Shown here: positions 48,363-58,919 of the stretch, in pieces
How positions within the stretch are numbered: position 1 is the first letter of the stretch
Layout of the letters: each line of letters opens with the position of its first letter
Assembly: GCF_040079335.1 (NCBI RefSeq)
Contig: NZ_JBEBKL010000005.1
Location: 21,511-85,510, forward strand
Origin: Sphingorhabdus sp.
GTDB taxonomy: Bacteria; Pseudomonadota; Alphaproteobacteria; Sphingomonadales; Sphingomonadaceae
DNA: 64,000 bases
Reading direction: 5' to 3'
The notes under the pieces: generated by a model
Database searches by the model: none
Seen by the model: the letters and a program-made list of their open reading frames with translations, nothing else
What the model was told of the DNA's origin: nothing
Made by a program: the position numbers and the translations under genes

Positions 48363-49982
48363 TCAATTGAAGCTGAAGCCGGGCGCTGACCCTGCTTCAC
48401 CGGTTTGGTTTTTCTTGGCCTGCTTCGGGCTTATTGCCGGCGCGGCCTCGCTAACTGTGCCAAATTCAGGGCCCTTCACATCGTCAGGAGCCAGTGTCGG
48501 CATCGGTCGATCGGTCGAACCAGATAGATTGGATGCGGTCTTATTCAGTAGAATACGCTCCAGATCGCTCGGTGTGTTGTAGCCATCGGTTGGCAGCTTG
48601 ATTTCTGATTCCGAAACCGGCTTCACCAGATAAGGCGTTACGACGATGACCAGTTCGGTCTCATTGCGCTTCCATCCGTTCGACTTGAACAGGGCGCCGA
48701 GCACTGGGACATCGCCCAACCCGGGATATTTGTCGACGGAGGTGTTTGCCGAGTTGGAGAGCAGACCGGCAATCATGAAGCTTTGGCCCGAGCCAAGTTC
48801 GACGGTGGTTTCTGCCATACGCGTAGTAATTGCGGGAATTTCGGTACCTGCAATACGAACAGCGCCCTGCGACGAGATATCGGAGACTTCCGGACGGACG
48901 CGTAAAAGGATGCGGCCGTCAGCTTGAACGGTTGGCGTGTAGCGTAAGCTGACGCCAAAATCGCGGAACTGTACGGAGACCGAACCGAAATTGTCGGCAA
49001 CAGGGATCGGAAACTGTCCACCCGCGAGAAATTCGGCGGTTTCACCCGAAATGGTAGTCAGGTTCGGCTGAGCGAGCGTAGTAGAAAGTCCAGCACGCTC
49101 GGCGATATCGAACGCGGCTGCCACGTCGATACCAAACAGTTTGCCTGCAAGGTTTAACACATTGCTACCGACCGGGTTATTGAACGTATATTGCGTTCCA
49201 CCCGTGATGAATTGGCCCGTTGCAGGGTTGAAGGGCAGCGAAATCGAGCCAGCTGGCAACCCATAAAGCGACGATGCGTCCAGACGCGGAAGCCCGGAAG
49301 TGTCGAGATCACCGATCGTACCCACGTTGCGGCCACGTCCGACACCAAAGACAAGGCCATTGCCATCATTGTCGCGTGTCTTGAAGTTGGATGCGATTTC
49401 CTTCGCCAGCGAGCGGCTGACTTCGGCGATGCGGACCTGCAGGTTGACCTGCAAAGGCACTGCCGTCTTCAGTCGGCTCACGACTTTGGTCTGGTCGCCG
49501 ATAAAGGCCTGAACCAGCATTTCGGCTTCCTGGACGTCTTCGGGCTGGGCTACAGTGCCGGTTAGCAATACCACACCGTTCATGGTCGAAACCTTGATAT
49601 CGGCCTCGGGCATGGCCAGCAGTAGCATCTGATCGATCGAGTCGAGATTGTTGCCGACGCGAACGGTTGCTGAATACACGGTCCGACCAGCAGCATCTGT
49701 TGCATAGACCGTAGTTTCGCCGGGGCCCTTCGCCAGAATGTAGATCTGGCGGGGGCTGCGAACGTCAACATCGGCGATCGTCGGGTTCGACACGACAACG
49801 TCAGATACCGAAGAACCGAGGTTGATCTGCTCGCCACGACCGACCGAAAGAACGATCAGGCGTCCACCGGTTTTCGATGCGGCAGGTTCGACCTTTACGG
49901 GCGCCGCGTTAGCTGCGGTGGAAATCGATGCGGCGAAAAAAATTGCTGCGGCACCGGCTTTCATGAGTGATTTGATGGTCAT
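48363..49982 (-). CDS. cpaC: Tad pilus secretin CpaC/RcpA
   Basis: QVNLQVRIAEV, SGETAEFLAGG, LGDVPVLGALF, ETELVIVVTP. Start MTIKSL. Confidence 0.92.
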   Translation of the reverse strand: MTIKSLMKAGAAAIFFAASISTAANAAPVKVEPAASKTGGRLIVLSVGRGEQINLGSSVSDVVVSNPTIADVDVRSPRQIYILAKGPGETTVYATDAAGRTVYSATVRVGNNLDSIDQMLLLAMPEADIKVSTMNGVVLLTGTVAQPEDVQEAEMLVQAFIGDQTKVVSRLKTAVPLQVNLQVRIAEVSRSLAKEIASNFKTRDNDGNGLVFGVGRGRNVGTIGDLDTSGLPRLDASSLYGLPAGSISLPFNPATGQFITGGTQYTFNNPVGSNVLNLAGKLFGIDVAAAFDIAERAGLSTTLAQPNLTTISGETAEFLAGGQFPIPVADNFGSVSVQFRDFGVSLRYTPTVQADGRILLRVRPEVSDISSQGAVRIAGTEIPAITTRMAETTVELGSGQSFMIAGLLSNSANTSVDKYPGLGDVPVLGALFKSNGWKRNETELVIVVTPYLVKPVSESEIKLPTDGYNTPSDLERILLNKTASNLSGSTDRPMPTLAPDDVKGPEFGTVSEAAPAISPKQAKKNQTGEAGSAPGFSFN

Positions 49983-49986
49983 TATA

Positions 49987-51003
49987 CTACCTCCGGTCCA
50001 CATTGACTTCTTGGACAGCACCTGCGCGAGACACGCGAACGACACTGCCACGGCGAACCTGTTCGATTTGCCTTTCAACCTTCACAGCTTCGGTCGCGAT
50101 CTGCACAGGTGTGATTGCGGGAACACTGCTGCGCTGGAAGCGTGAAACGTCGCCGCCTGTTGCATAGGTGCTGGGGCCAGCGGTCGGTTGCTTCTGAACC
50201 GATGCGAGGAACTTTTCTTCTTCCTCGGCCGTTGCCCCATTGGGCACTTTCACATCGCCCGATGCCAGCGCCATTTCGAGTTCGGCGGCGTTGTCGGCGA
50301 GCGAACGGAGAGAAAGAGAGATCGTGCCGATTGTCTGCGCGACAGCAATCTTCTCCGCGATACGTGGCGTCACCTCAATGGTAACCAGCTTATACTTTGA
50401 AGGTACGCTGTTGCCCTTTTCATCGACAGAGGGTGTCGAGCGCTGATCGGTAGCCAGCACGCGAAGGTTGCGGATGATGGTTTCCGACACTTTCAGTGGC
50501 TGGCCAGTGCCTGCGCCGTTGACATTCTGGGTCAGAACCAAGTCCACACGGTCGCCGGGGAAGACAAAGCCGGAAACACCAGTGAGCGTAGAGACAGGAA
50601 CGGATACCGCGCGCATGCCGGGCCCAAGTGCCGCAGCAAGGAAGCCGCGATCGCCAGGCGCGACAAGCGAACCCTGGGTGATCGGCTGTCCGGCTGTAAT
50701 CGGATTGCGCACGACGGTACCGACCAAATTGGTCGTCTGGTCAGGCTCGCCATCCTTCTTTATGAAGTAGGCTTCTTCGATCAGCTCTTCAGGCCAAGGC
50801 TGGTAGCGTAGGCTGTCTGCCGTCAGAATGGTTCCGACTGGCAATGCGCGCGTTGCTACGATGACCTTCGGGCCAGTGACCACGGGTATCTGTGCCACCG
50901 CTTTGGGCGCACCCCCGCCTGAAAACATGCTTCGCGCCATGAAGGCGGTGACTACGGCTATAAGCAGCGCGCAGACCAGCAAGATTACTTTTTTCCTATC
51001 CAT
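49987..51003 (-). CDS. cpaB: Flp pilus assembly protein CpaB/RcpC
   Basis: SAF domain, PGMRAV, GFVFPGDRVD, RVLATDQ. Confidence 0.92.
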   Translation of the reverse strand: MDRKKVILLVCALLIAVVTAFMARSMFSGGGAPKAVAQIPVVTGPKVIVATRALPVGTILTADSLRYQPWPEELIEEAYFIKKDGEPDQTTNLVGTVVRNPITAGQPITQGSLVAPGDRGFLAAALGPGMRAVSVPVSTLTGVSGFVFPGDRVDLVLTQNVNGAGTGQPLKVSETIIRNLRVLATDQRSTPSVDEKGNSVPSKYKLVTIEVTPRIAEKIAVAQTIGTISLSLRSLADNAAELEMALASGDVKVPNGATAEEEEKFLASVQKQPTAGPSTYATGGDVSRFQRSSVPAITPVQIATEAVKVERQIEQVRRGSVVRVSRAGAVQEVNVDRR

Positions 51004-51045
51004 GACGAACAAGCTCCTGAACGGTCCCCTGAATGAGACAGCTAA

Positions 51046-51519
51046 TCACCTAAAATGGTTAAAAAACTGTTCACCGGCGCACCAAAGGCCGGCGAGCGAA
51101 ATTGCGACGCCATATGGAACGCGGACCTGACCGCTTCCTTTTCGTATCTTGTGAATGATGTAGAAAATTATGGTTACCAACGCGCCGAGCAGGCTGGCGT
51201 TGAAAAGGAACTTCAATACGACCAGTGGTGGAAACCAAAGCGCCACCGCGCCGAACAATTTCACATCACCGCCACCCATCATTCCGAAGTGGAAAAACAG
51301 GGCAAAGAACAGAAAAGTGAGGATTCCTGCGCCAAGATAATAAGCGATCTCCGGCCAGCCAAACGTACCCGTAGCAAGCCAGTATAGGGGTGCTGACAGG
51401 GCGATCGACGCCGTCACTGAATTGTAAATAAGCCGGTGGCGTATGTCCGAATAGATCGACACCAGTAGGCCAATTGCCAAGCCGCCAAGCAGCGCGTAAG
51501 CGAAATAATTCTGGTCCAT
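51046..51519 (-). CDS. cpaA: Prepilin peptidase CpaA/TadV (A24)
   Basis: SDIRHRLIYN, MGGGDVKL, VPYGVAI. Confidence 0.92.
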   Translation of the reverse strand: MDQNYFAYALLGGLAIGLLVSIYSDIRHRLIYNSVTASIALSAPLYWLATGTFGWPEIAYYLGAGILTFLFFALFFHFGMMGGGDVKLFGAVALWFPPLVVLKFLFNASLLGALVTIIFYIIHKIRKGSGQVRVPYGVAISLAGLWCAGEQFFNHFR

Positions 51520-51531
51520 ATTGCCACCCTG

Positions 51532-51539
51532 TTAACCAT
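51532..51539 (+). promoter_or_regulatory. TTAACCAT CtrA-type motif upstream of cpaA
   Basis: Exact 8-mer; a second copy lies on the minus strand at 51055-51062, upstream of cpaB. Confidence 0.45.
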
Positions 51540-51561
51540 CAGAGCTTTCCAAAAGGTAACC

Positions 51562-52539
51562 ATGCCCGAAGCCCAAACGGAAACGATAAGGCGATCCATC
51601 CCTTCATATGCGCGAGAAGGATTCTGGATCGCACCCGACAATTGGCGGATTCGGCGCGTCGATTGGCCCGCAGTAAACTGCATTGGCGGCGTCGAAACCG
51701 AAACGCGCGGATCGATGCTTTTTCTGCCGGGTCGGGGCGATCATTATGAGAAATATCTCGAAATGCTTGACCATTTTGCCCGTTTGGGCTGGCACGTAAC
51801 CGCAATTGATTGGCGCGGGCAGGGTGGATCAGGGCGATTGCTGCCGGATTCGCATATCGGGCATATCGATGATTTCTCCACCTGGATTGCTGATTTGAAG
51901 GACTTTTGGGGCAAGTGGAAGCTGCATTCCCCCGGGCCTCATGTCGTGGTCGCGCACAGTATGGGCGGTCATTTGGCGATGCGTGCTTTGTGCGAAAAGG
52001 CGATAGATCCGGCAGCTGTCGCCTTGTCGGCGCCCATGCTCGGAATCCAAACAATGGGCCTGCCCTATGCGGTGCACCATGCCGTAGCTAAGCTGATGCG
52101 CGCACTGGGCGATCCCAACCGGGTGGCGTGGAAAGAGGGAGAAAAGCCGGGCTCGCCTCTTAATGTACGTTCGAAAATCCTGACTCATGATTCCCAACGC
52201 TATGCAGACGAGCTGTATTGGTGGGAGAAACGCCCCGACGTGCGATTAGGGCCGCCAAGCTGGCACTGGGTCGAAAGGGCGATTGCCTCGACCAGGCAGC
52301 TGACTGCGCCAGATGTTCTGGAGGGAGTGACATTACCGGTGCTGTTGATGGCAACCACTGCAGACCGGCTGGTTGATACCAAGCGCGTGATCCAGGATGC
52401 CAAAAGACTTCCAAACAGTGAGCTTGTGCTGTTTGGAAACGAAGCCGCGCACGAACTTTTGCGCGAAACAGATGCTGTGCGCGACAAATGCCTGTCGGCT
52501 ATCAGCACTTTTTTTGATCGTCACGCGCCAAAATTATGA
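51562..52539 (+). CDS. Alpha/beta hydrolase (lysophospholipase L2-like)
   Basis: DWRGQGGS, nucleophile elbow AHSMGG, AHELL. Confidence 0.88.
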   Translation: MPEAQTETIRRSIPSYAREGFWIAPDNWRIRRVDWPAVNCIGGVETETRGSMLFLPGRGDHYEKYLEMLDHFARLGWHVTAIDWRGQGGSGRLLPDSHIGHIDDFSTWIADLKDFWGKWKLHSPGPHVVVAHSMGGHLAMRALCEKAIDPAAVALSAPMLGIQTMGLPYAVHHAVAKLMRALGDPNRVAWKEGEKPGSPLNVRSKILTHDSQRYADELYWWEKRPDVRLGPPSWHWVERAIASTRQLTAPDVLEGVTLPVLLMATTADRLVDTKRVIQDAKRLPNSELVLFGNEAAHELLRETDAVRDKCLSAISTFFDRHAPKL

Positions 52540-53642
52540 GCCAGTTTGACGTTGCCATCATTGGAGCCGGAATGGCCGGCGCCAGCCTTGCAGCCGAAAT
52601 TGCGGCCGAAAAATCAGTCTTGCTTATCGAGGCGGAGGAGTTTCCCGGCTACCATTCGACCGGCCGTTCCGCCGCCTTCTGGAGCGAGACCTATGGCGGT
52701 CCTGCAATCCAGCCGCTGACGACGGCCTCCCAAGCATTTCTGGCCACTCCGCCAACGGATTTTTCTGACCGCGGCTTTTTAAGTCCGCGTGGTGCGCTGC
52801 ATATCGGTACGGTTGAGAACCAGGCCGCCGCCGAAGAGCTGCAGACCAATTTTGCGGCAAGCTCTGTGGCACTGGAACGACTGCCAAAAAAGGCAATCGA
52901 TGAGTATCTTTCGGGACGCAGAGACGGTTGGGACATCGCAATGTGGGAACCGGACTGCTGCGATATTGATGTTGCTGCTTTGCATCAGGCCTATCTCTCT
53001 TCGGCTCGTCGACTTGGCTGCGAGATTGTGTGCAGGGCTCCAGTCCGAGCGCTAAATTTCACCGGTGGCTATTGGAAGATCGAAACGGCTGCTGGGGGTT
53101 TTGTAGCGCAGATGGTGGTCAACGCGGCCGGTGCATGGGCCGATGAAATAGCTCAACTGGCCCAAATACGAAAACTCGATATTCAACCCTTTCGGCGCAC
53201 GATGATACAAATTGAGGTTGCTCCGTCGGCTCCTGCGGAATTGCCGCTCGTGGTCGGGCTTGATGGCAGCTTTTATTTTAAACCCGATGCGGGTGGGCGG
53301 CTATGGCTTAGTCCGCATGACGAAATAGCGACTCCCCCCTGCGATGCTGCGCCCGAAGAGCTTGAGGTTGCGATAGCGCTCGATCGGTTCGAGCAAGTGG
53401 TTGACTGGAACGTCGTGCGTATCGAACGCAAATGGGCAGGCCTGCGCAGCTTCGCACCGGACAGAAAGCCGGTTATCGGACGCGACTCGCAAAATGAGCA
53501 GTTTTTCTGGCTTGCAGGCCAGGGCGGGTTTGGCATCCAGACCGCTCCCGCGGTTGCTCAACTTGCCGCAGCTTTGCTGTTACAGCGCGAACTGCCTTTC
53601 GAAATTGTTCCGGCTCTCTATTCTACTGACCGTTTCCGCTAA
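52536..53642 (+). CDS. FAD-dependent oxidoreductase, DAO family (D-arginine dehydrogenase-like)
   Basis: GAGMAG, YHSTGRSAA, VNAAGAWAD, WAGLRSF, GQGGFGIQT. Confidence 0.85.
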   Translation: MSQFDVAIIGAGMAGASLAAEIAAEKSVLLIEAEEFPGYHSTGRSAAFWSETYGGPAIQPLTTASQAFLATPPTDFSDRGFLSPRGALHIGTVENQAAAEELQTNFAASSVALERLPKKAIDEYLSGRRDGWDIAMWEPDCCDIDVAALHQAYLSSARRLGCEIVCRAPVRALNFTGGYWKIETAAGGFVAQMVVNAAGAWADEIAQLAQIRKLDIQPFRRTMIQIEVAPSAPAELPLVVGLDGSFYFKPDAGGRLWLSPHDEIATPPCDAAPEELEVAIALDRFEQVVDWNVVRIERKWAGLRSFAPDRKPVIGRDSQNEQFFWLAGQGGFGIQTAPAVAQLAAALLLQRELPFEIVPALYSTDRFR

Positions 53643-53719
53643 ATTTACATGCATTTGCCTTGCGCCAGATTGCCAACTTGATAGTTTGACCACTTAAGGC
53701 TGAGCGATAAGGAGGAACC

Positions 53720-53893
53720 ATGGCCCATTATTTTGAAATCAAGCAAAACAAGGCGGGCGAGTATGTCGCCTATTTCAAATATAACAGCGAAACGATTTTC
53801 TGGACCGAAGGCTATAAGAGCAAGGCTTCAGCCAAAAACGCCATCGAGTCGATCCAAAAGAACGGGCCCGGCGCAGAAACCCGCGAAGGCTGA
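53720..53893 (+). CDS. YegP/DUF1508-family small protein (57 aa), not in ORF track
   Basis: MAHYFEIKQNKAGEYVAYFKYNSETIFWTEGYKSKASAKNAIESIQKNGPGAETREG; AAGGAGG RBS. Confidence 0.88.
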   Translation: MAHYFEIKQNKAGEYVAYFKYNSETIFWTEGYKSKASAKNAIESIQKNGPGAETREG

Positions 53894-53899
53894 ATTTTG

Positions 53900-54340
53900 T
53901 CACCGCGTTCCGGCTGAGGCGGCGGCATCGCTGGCCAGCCGGTCCGCGCGTTCATTCTCGATATGGCCATTATGGCCTTTGACCCACACCCATTCGACCT
54001 GATGACGTGCGACGGCTTCGATCAGATCGTGCCATAGGTCGGCGTTGCGCACAGGCTGTTTCGAGGCGTTTTTCCAGCCATTGCGCTTCCAGCCCTCCAC
54101 CCATTTGGTAATGCCGCCGAGCACATATTTACTGTCAGTATGCAGAATGACGGCGCACGGTTCTATCAGCAGATTGAGCGCGTTGATGGCTGCGGTCATT
54201 TCCATGCGGTTGTTGGTCGTATCGGGATCGCTGCCTGATATTTCCTTTTCATGCTTGCCGTAACGGATAACCGCCCCCCAGCCTCCGGGCCCGGGATTAC
54301 CCTTACAAGAACCATCAGTGAAGATTTCGACTTTCTTCAT
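53900..54340 (-). CDS. rnhA: Ribonuclease HI
   Basis: [36 protein letters not shown]. Confidence 0.96.
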   Translation of the reverse strand: MKKVEIFTDGSCKGNPGPGGWGAVIRYGKHEKEISGSDPDTTNNRMEMTAAINALNLLIEPCAVILHTDSKYVLGGITKWVEGWKRNGWKNASKQPVRNADLWHDLIEAVARHQVEWVWVKGHNGHIENERADRLASDAAASAGTR

Positions 54341-55308
54341 TACACCGCCCCGAACAATGCACTGCTTTCGGCATTTCTGTAAAAATTCAGCCGATAATAA
54401 AAGGCCAGCGGGTCTTTGCGTGTCACCATGGCGTCGGCGGGCGTGTTGATCCAGTCGTACAGCCGTGTGAGCAGAAAGCGAAGCGAGGCTCCGCGGGCGA
54501 GGGCAGGGAACGCCTGCTTTTCATCGCCGGTGAGCTGGACGACCTCACAATAGCCATCGAGAAGCGCGCGGCCAATGTCGGCGAGGTAGTTCTGCCCGTC
54601 GGCGGTAAAGCTCCATGCAGCATGCGTCACCGCCAGATCATAGGCCCGGAAATCGGTACAAGCGAAATAGAAATCGATCAGCCCGCCGACCTGATCGCCC
54701 CGAATCAAGACATTATCGGGGAACAAATCGGTATGGACCGCACATTGAGGTAAATTCGGCGGCCAGTTTTCAGACAACCAGTCGCATTCCCGCGCGATTT
54801 CACCAGCAAATCCGGCCTGCAAAGCATTTGCGGCGGTTTGGTCACACTGGTCAAACAGTGCTTTCCAGCTGCTCTGCCCAAGCGGGTTGGGCTTCAATTC
54901 GCGAAAATCCGCCACTGCCATATGCATTTTGGCAAGTGCTTTACCGACGGCTGCTGCCTGTGTTGGCGTTGGCTCAGATACCGATATGCCGGGGAGGAAT
55001 TCGATCAGGCAGGCCTCTTTGCCTCTCACATCTTGCAGCCATCGGCCGTCCCGATCGTCTATAAAACGCGGCACTGGACAGCCAGCCGCATGCAAATGCG
55101 CCAGCAGATTATGGAAGTAAGGCAAGTCCGCCGGGTCGACGCGGCTTTCGTAGAGCGTCAGAATGAAGCGCGCACGGTCGGTTTCCAGCAGGTAGTTGCT
55201 GTTTTCCACTCCCTCGGCGATGCCTTTCAGCGATACGAGCTTTCCCACATCATAGCGTGCCAGCAATTGCGCTGCTGCCTCGGCGCTGACTTGCGTATAG
55301 ACCGCCAT
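54340..55308 (-). CDS. thrB: Homoserine kinase, type II
   Basis: [41 protein letters not shown]. Confidence 0.94.
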   Translation of the reverse strand: MAVYTQVSAEAAAQLLARYDVGKLVSLKGIAEGVENSNYLLETDRARFILTLYESRVDPADLPYFHNLLAHLHAAGCPVPRFIDDRDGRWLQDVRGKEACLIEFLPGISVSEPTPTQAAAVGKALAKMHMAVADFRELKPNPLGQSSWKALFDQCDQTAANALQAGFAGEIARECDWLSENWPPNLPQCAVHTDLFPDNVLIRGDQVGGLIDFYFACTDFRAYDLAVTHAAWSFTADGQNYLADIGRALLDGYCEVVQLTGDEKQAFPALARGASLRFLLTRLYDWINTPADAMVTRKDPLAFYYRLNFYRNAESSALFGAV

Positions 55309-56279
55309 CAGGCCGCGTCAGCAGCCGTTGCAAGTTCGCGGGGAAGCTTGAAAGTGATGCTCTCCTCGGCTGTCACAACCTGATTTTCGCGGACATCATA
55401 TTGTTCGGAAATGCGGGCGATGAATTGCCGGACCAGCACTTCGGGTGCCGAAGCACCTGCCGTGATGCCCAAGGTCGTTACGCCGTCCAACCAGGCGAAA
55501 TCGATTTCTTCTGCCCGCTGGACGAGACGCGCCGGAGTGCCCGCTCTTTCCGCAACCTCAACCAGCCGGAGCGAGTTGGAGCTATTTGGAGCGCCAATGA
55601 CCAGAACCAGATCGCACTGATTGGCAATTGCCTTGACCGCTGCCTGCCGGTTGGATGTTGCGTAACAAATATCCTCGCCTTTCGGCCCGACAATCGCCGG
55701 AAAACGCCGTTGCAGGATGGCTACAATCTCCGCCGTATCATCAACCGACAGCGTCGTTTGCGTCAGAAATGCGAGATTTGCGGGATCCGAAACTTGTAAT
55801 TTTTCCGCATCTTCCTCGGTTTCAACCAAAGTCATCGCACCATCAGCCACCTGGCCAAATGTTCCGACCACTTCGGGATGGCCTTTATGGCCGATAAAGA
55901 GAATATGGCGGCCTGCCTCGACCTGACGCTCCGCCTGACGATGCACTTTCGAAACAAGCGGACAGGTGGCGTCGAAATAGGCGAGGCCACGGTTCTGGGC
56001 GTCTGCTGGCACCGATTTCGGAACGCCATGCGCTGAAAACACCACATGCGCATTGGCAGGCACTTCATCGAGTTCATCGACAAAGATCGCGCCCTTGGCC
56101 TTCAAGCTGTCGACGACGAATTTGTTGTGCACGATCTCATGCCGCACATAGATCGGCGCGCCGTGGCGTTCTAGCGCCTGTTCGACGATCTGGATGGCGC
56201 GGTCCACACCTGCGCAAAAGCCGCGCGGGGCAGCAAGCAGGATGTCGAGACGGGGGCGGAGTTCGGTTTGTTCAGTCAT
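55308..56279 (-). CDS. ispH: 4-hydroxy-3-methylbut-2-enyl diphosphate reductase
   Basis: [40 protein letters not shown]. Confidence 0.96.
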   Translation of the reverse strand: MTEQTELRPRLDILLAAPRGFCAGVDRAIQIVEQALERHGAPIYVRHEIVHNKFVVDSLKAKGAIFVDELDEVPANAHVVFSAHGVPKSVPADAQNRGLAYFDATCPLVSKVHRQAERQVEAGRHILFIGHKGHPEVVGTFGQVADGAMTLVETEEDAEKLQVSDPANLAFLTQTTLSVDDTAEIVAILQRRFPAIVGPKGEDICYATSNRQAAVKAIANQCDLVLVIGAPNSSNSLRLVEVAERAGTPARLVQRAEEIDFAWLDGVTTLGITAGASAPEVLVRQFIARISEQYDVRENQVVTAEESITFKLPRELATAADAA

Positions 56280-56406
56280 GCGCAATGTCATTTAGGTAAT
56301 CCGGAGCCAATGGCCAAGGCCTTTCCCTTGTTGCACTGTATTGTGCTCGCCGATAAAGACGCATCAAACGGCTAGCAAGCCATAGCCCCAAGAGGATTTC
56401 ACCCTG

Positions 56407-57051
56407 ATGAGAATTACCGCAATTTCCGCTTCCCTTCTGGCGCTGGCTTTGGCTGGTTGTGCGGGCGACGGGGAGTTGGACGTCTCATCGGGCGTCGGTG
56501 TTACTGCAACACGCACAGGTTGCCCGACGGTTGCTGTGGCAGACGGCACCGGCGATATTACGCTGTTCGCGCAAGGTGCTCCCCAGACATCGGATTCGGT
56601 TGACGTCGTGGCGTCGATCACCAAGGTTCGCCCGTCGTGCAACAGCGGCGGAGACAAAATCTATTCGGTCGCCGATTTTGAAGTTCAGGCCCGGCGAAGT
56701 GATGCACGCGGCGCGCGTTCGGTGACGCTGCCTTATTTTTCCACAGTTGTGCAGGGTGGAACCGCCGTTGTTGCAAAGCGGATCGGGCAAGTGACGCTGA
56801 ACTTTGCCGATGGCCAATATCGGGCATCGGGCACAGGTAAGGGTGCCGCCTATATCGATCCCGCTTCGGCAGCATTGCCGCCTGAAATTGTTCAAAAACT
56901 GACCAAGAAGCGCAAGCCCGGCGACGCTGATGCGGCATTGGATCCGATGGCCGATCCCGAAGTGCGTGCGGCTATCCAGCGCTCCAGTTTCGAACTTCTC
57001 CTCGGCTTTCAGCTGACCGAAGACCAGCTCCGATATAATGTGACCCGATAA
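56407..57051 (+). CDS. Conserved lipoprotein of unknown function
   Basis: Lipobox LAGC; 214 aa; divergent from ispH. Confidence 0.75.
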   Translation: MRITAISASLLALALAGCAGDGELDVSSGVGVTATRTGCPTVAVADGTGDITLFAQGAPQTSDSVDVVASITKVRPSCNSGGDKIYSVADFEVQARRSDARGARSVTLPYFSTVVQGGTAVVAKRIGQVTLNFADGQYRASGTGKGAAYIDPASAALPPEIVQKLTKKRKPGDADAALDPMADPEVRAAIQRSSFELLLGFQLTEDQLRYNVTR

Positions 57052-57065
57052 GGGCGGACCCGAAA

Positions 57066-57092
57066 GGGGCCGCTTGGCCCCCTTTTTCTTTT
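57066..57092 (+). terminator. Intrinsic terminator, overlapped by an alternative hairpin
   Basis: GGGGCC-GCTT-GGCCCC followed by CTTTTTCTTTT. Confidence 0.6.
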
Positions 57093-57159
57093 CCGTGGCA
57101 TGGACTAGGGGGCTGCAAGATTTGCGCAGCCGCATCCCTATAATCAGGAAAAGAACCCA

Positions 57160-58887
57160 GTGACCCTCTTCGTCCAATTTGCCGCCCATCTGAACAGCGC
57201 GCTTGATGCGCTGGAAACTGCTGGCGTCCTGCCGGGCGGTCTCGACCGCAAGGCTGTGACGGTCGAACCGCCACGTGACGCGTCGCATGGCGATTTGGCC
57301 ACCAACGCCGCGATGGTTTTGGCAAAGCCCGCAGGCACCAATCCGCGCGCTTTGGCCGATGCGATTGCTACCGAGCTTGCAAAGGTGGCGGGCGTGACGG
57401 GCGTAGAGATTGCCGGTCCCGGCTTTCTCAACCTGAAACTCGATGCATCGATCTGGCTTGGCGAACTGCGGGCCATCGCAGCGCAAGGCGATGATTATGG
57501 CCGCTCCAGCCTTGGCAGCGGTAAGACCGTCAATGTTGAATATGTTTCGGCCAACCCCACCGGCCCAATGCATATGGGCCATTGCCGTGGGGCTGTGGTC
57601 GGCGATGCGCTGGCCAATTTGCTGCAATTTGCAGGCTATAAGGTGACGCGCGAATATTATGTCAACGATGCAGGCGGGCAGGTCGATGTGCTCGCTCGCT
57701 CGGCGCATTTGCGCTACCGCGAGGCGCTGGGTGAGAATATCGGTGACATCCCCGAAGGGCTGTATCCCGGCGATTATCTGGTTCCGGTCGGGCAGAAACT
57801 TGCTGCCGAACATGGCGACAAATTCGTCGATGCGCCAGAGTCTGAATGGCTGGTTCCTTTCAGGCAATTCACGGTTGCGATGATGATGGAGATGATCCGT
57901 TCGGACCTCGCTTTGCTTGGCATTCACCACGATATCTTCGCCTCCGAAGCCGAAGTGCAACGCGCGAAGAAGCCCGAGGCGGCTGAAGCCTTTCTGCGCG
58001 AACGTGGGCTGGTCTATGATGGCGAACTCGAACCGCCCAAGGGTGAGCCCGATCCCGATTGGGAGCCGGTGACGCTACCCTTGTTCAAATCGACCCAGTT
58101 TGGCGACGATCAGGATCGCCCGATCCGCAAATCGGATGGCAGCTGGACCTATTTCGGGGCCGACATGGCTTATCACTTCCAGAAGGCACAGGACGCCGAC
58201 TGGCTGATCGACATCTGGGGTGCCGACCATGCCGGTACGGTGAAGCGCATTAAAGCAGCAGTCATCGCGCTGACCGAAGGCAAGGTCGAATTCGACGTGA
58301 AGCTGGTGCAGATGGTGCGCCTGCTACGCGGCGGGGAGCCGATCAAAATGTCAAAGCGGGCGGGCAATTTTGTAACGCTCGCCGATGTCGTGCGCGAAGT
58401 GGGCAAGGATGTTGTCCGCTTCACGATGCTGACGCGAAAGGCCGATGCGCAGATGGATTTTGACTTTGCCAAGGTGGTCGAGGCGTCGAAGGACAATCCA
58501 GTATTTTACGTGCAATATGCGCATGCCCGTATCTGCTCTACACTGCGTAAGGCAGAGGCGGAGGAGGGCTTTAAGCCCGGAGCCGAGCATCTCGATTTGC
58601 TCGGCTCCGAAGAACTGGCACTGATCCGTGAATGCGCCAATCTACCGCGTATCGTTGAGGCAGCCGCCAAAGCTGGCGAACCGCACCGTATCGCCTTCTT
58701 CCTTGGTGATCTGGCCGCAGCCTTCCACGCCTATTGGAACCTCGGTAACGACCAGCCGGACAAGCGCTTCATATTGGCACAATCCCCAGAATTGAGCAGT
58801 GCAAGGCTTTTCTTGGCAGATAAAGTCGGGCAGGTTATTCGAAACGGGCTGCGATTGATGGGTGTTAAAGCCGCAACGCAGATGTAA
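57160..58887 (+). CDS. argS: Arginine--tRNA ligase
   Basis: SANPTGPMHMGH (HIGH), WGADH, KMSKR, NPVFYVQYAHAR. Confidence 0.96.
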   Translation: MTLFVQFAAHLNSALDALETAGVLPGGLDRKAVTVEPPRDASHGDLATNAAMVLAKPAGTNPRALADAIATELAKVAGVTGVEIAGPGFLNLKLDASIWLGELRAIAAQGDDYGRSSLGSGKTVNVEYVSANPTGPMHMGHCRGAVVGDALANLLQFAGYKVTREYYVNDAGGQVDVLARSAHLRYREALGENIGDIPEGLYPGDYLVPVGQKLAAEHGDKFVDAPESEWLVPFRQFTVAMMMEMIRSDLALLGIHHDIFASEAEVQRAKKPEAAEAFLRERGLVYDGELEPPKGEPDPDWEPVTLPLFKSTQFGDDQDRPIRKSDGSWTYFGADMAYHFQKAQDADWLIDIWGADHAGTVKRIKAAVIALTEGKVEFDVKLVQMVRLLRGGEPIKMSKRAGNFVTLADVVREVGKDVVRFTMLTRKADAQMDFDFAKVVEASKDNPVFYVQYAHARICSTLRKAEAEEGFKPGAEHLDLLGSEELALIRECANLPRIVEAAAKAGEPHRIAFFLGDLAAAFHAYWNLGNDQPDKRFILAQSPELSSARLFLADKVGQVIRNGLRLMGVKAATQM

Positions 58888-58919
58888 CCCGGTATAGGTG
58901 ACCAGAGGGAATATAAGCG

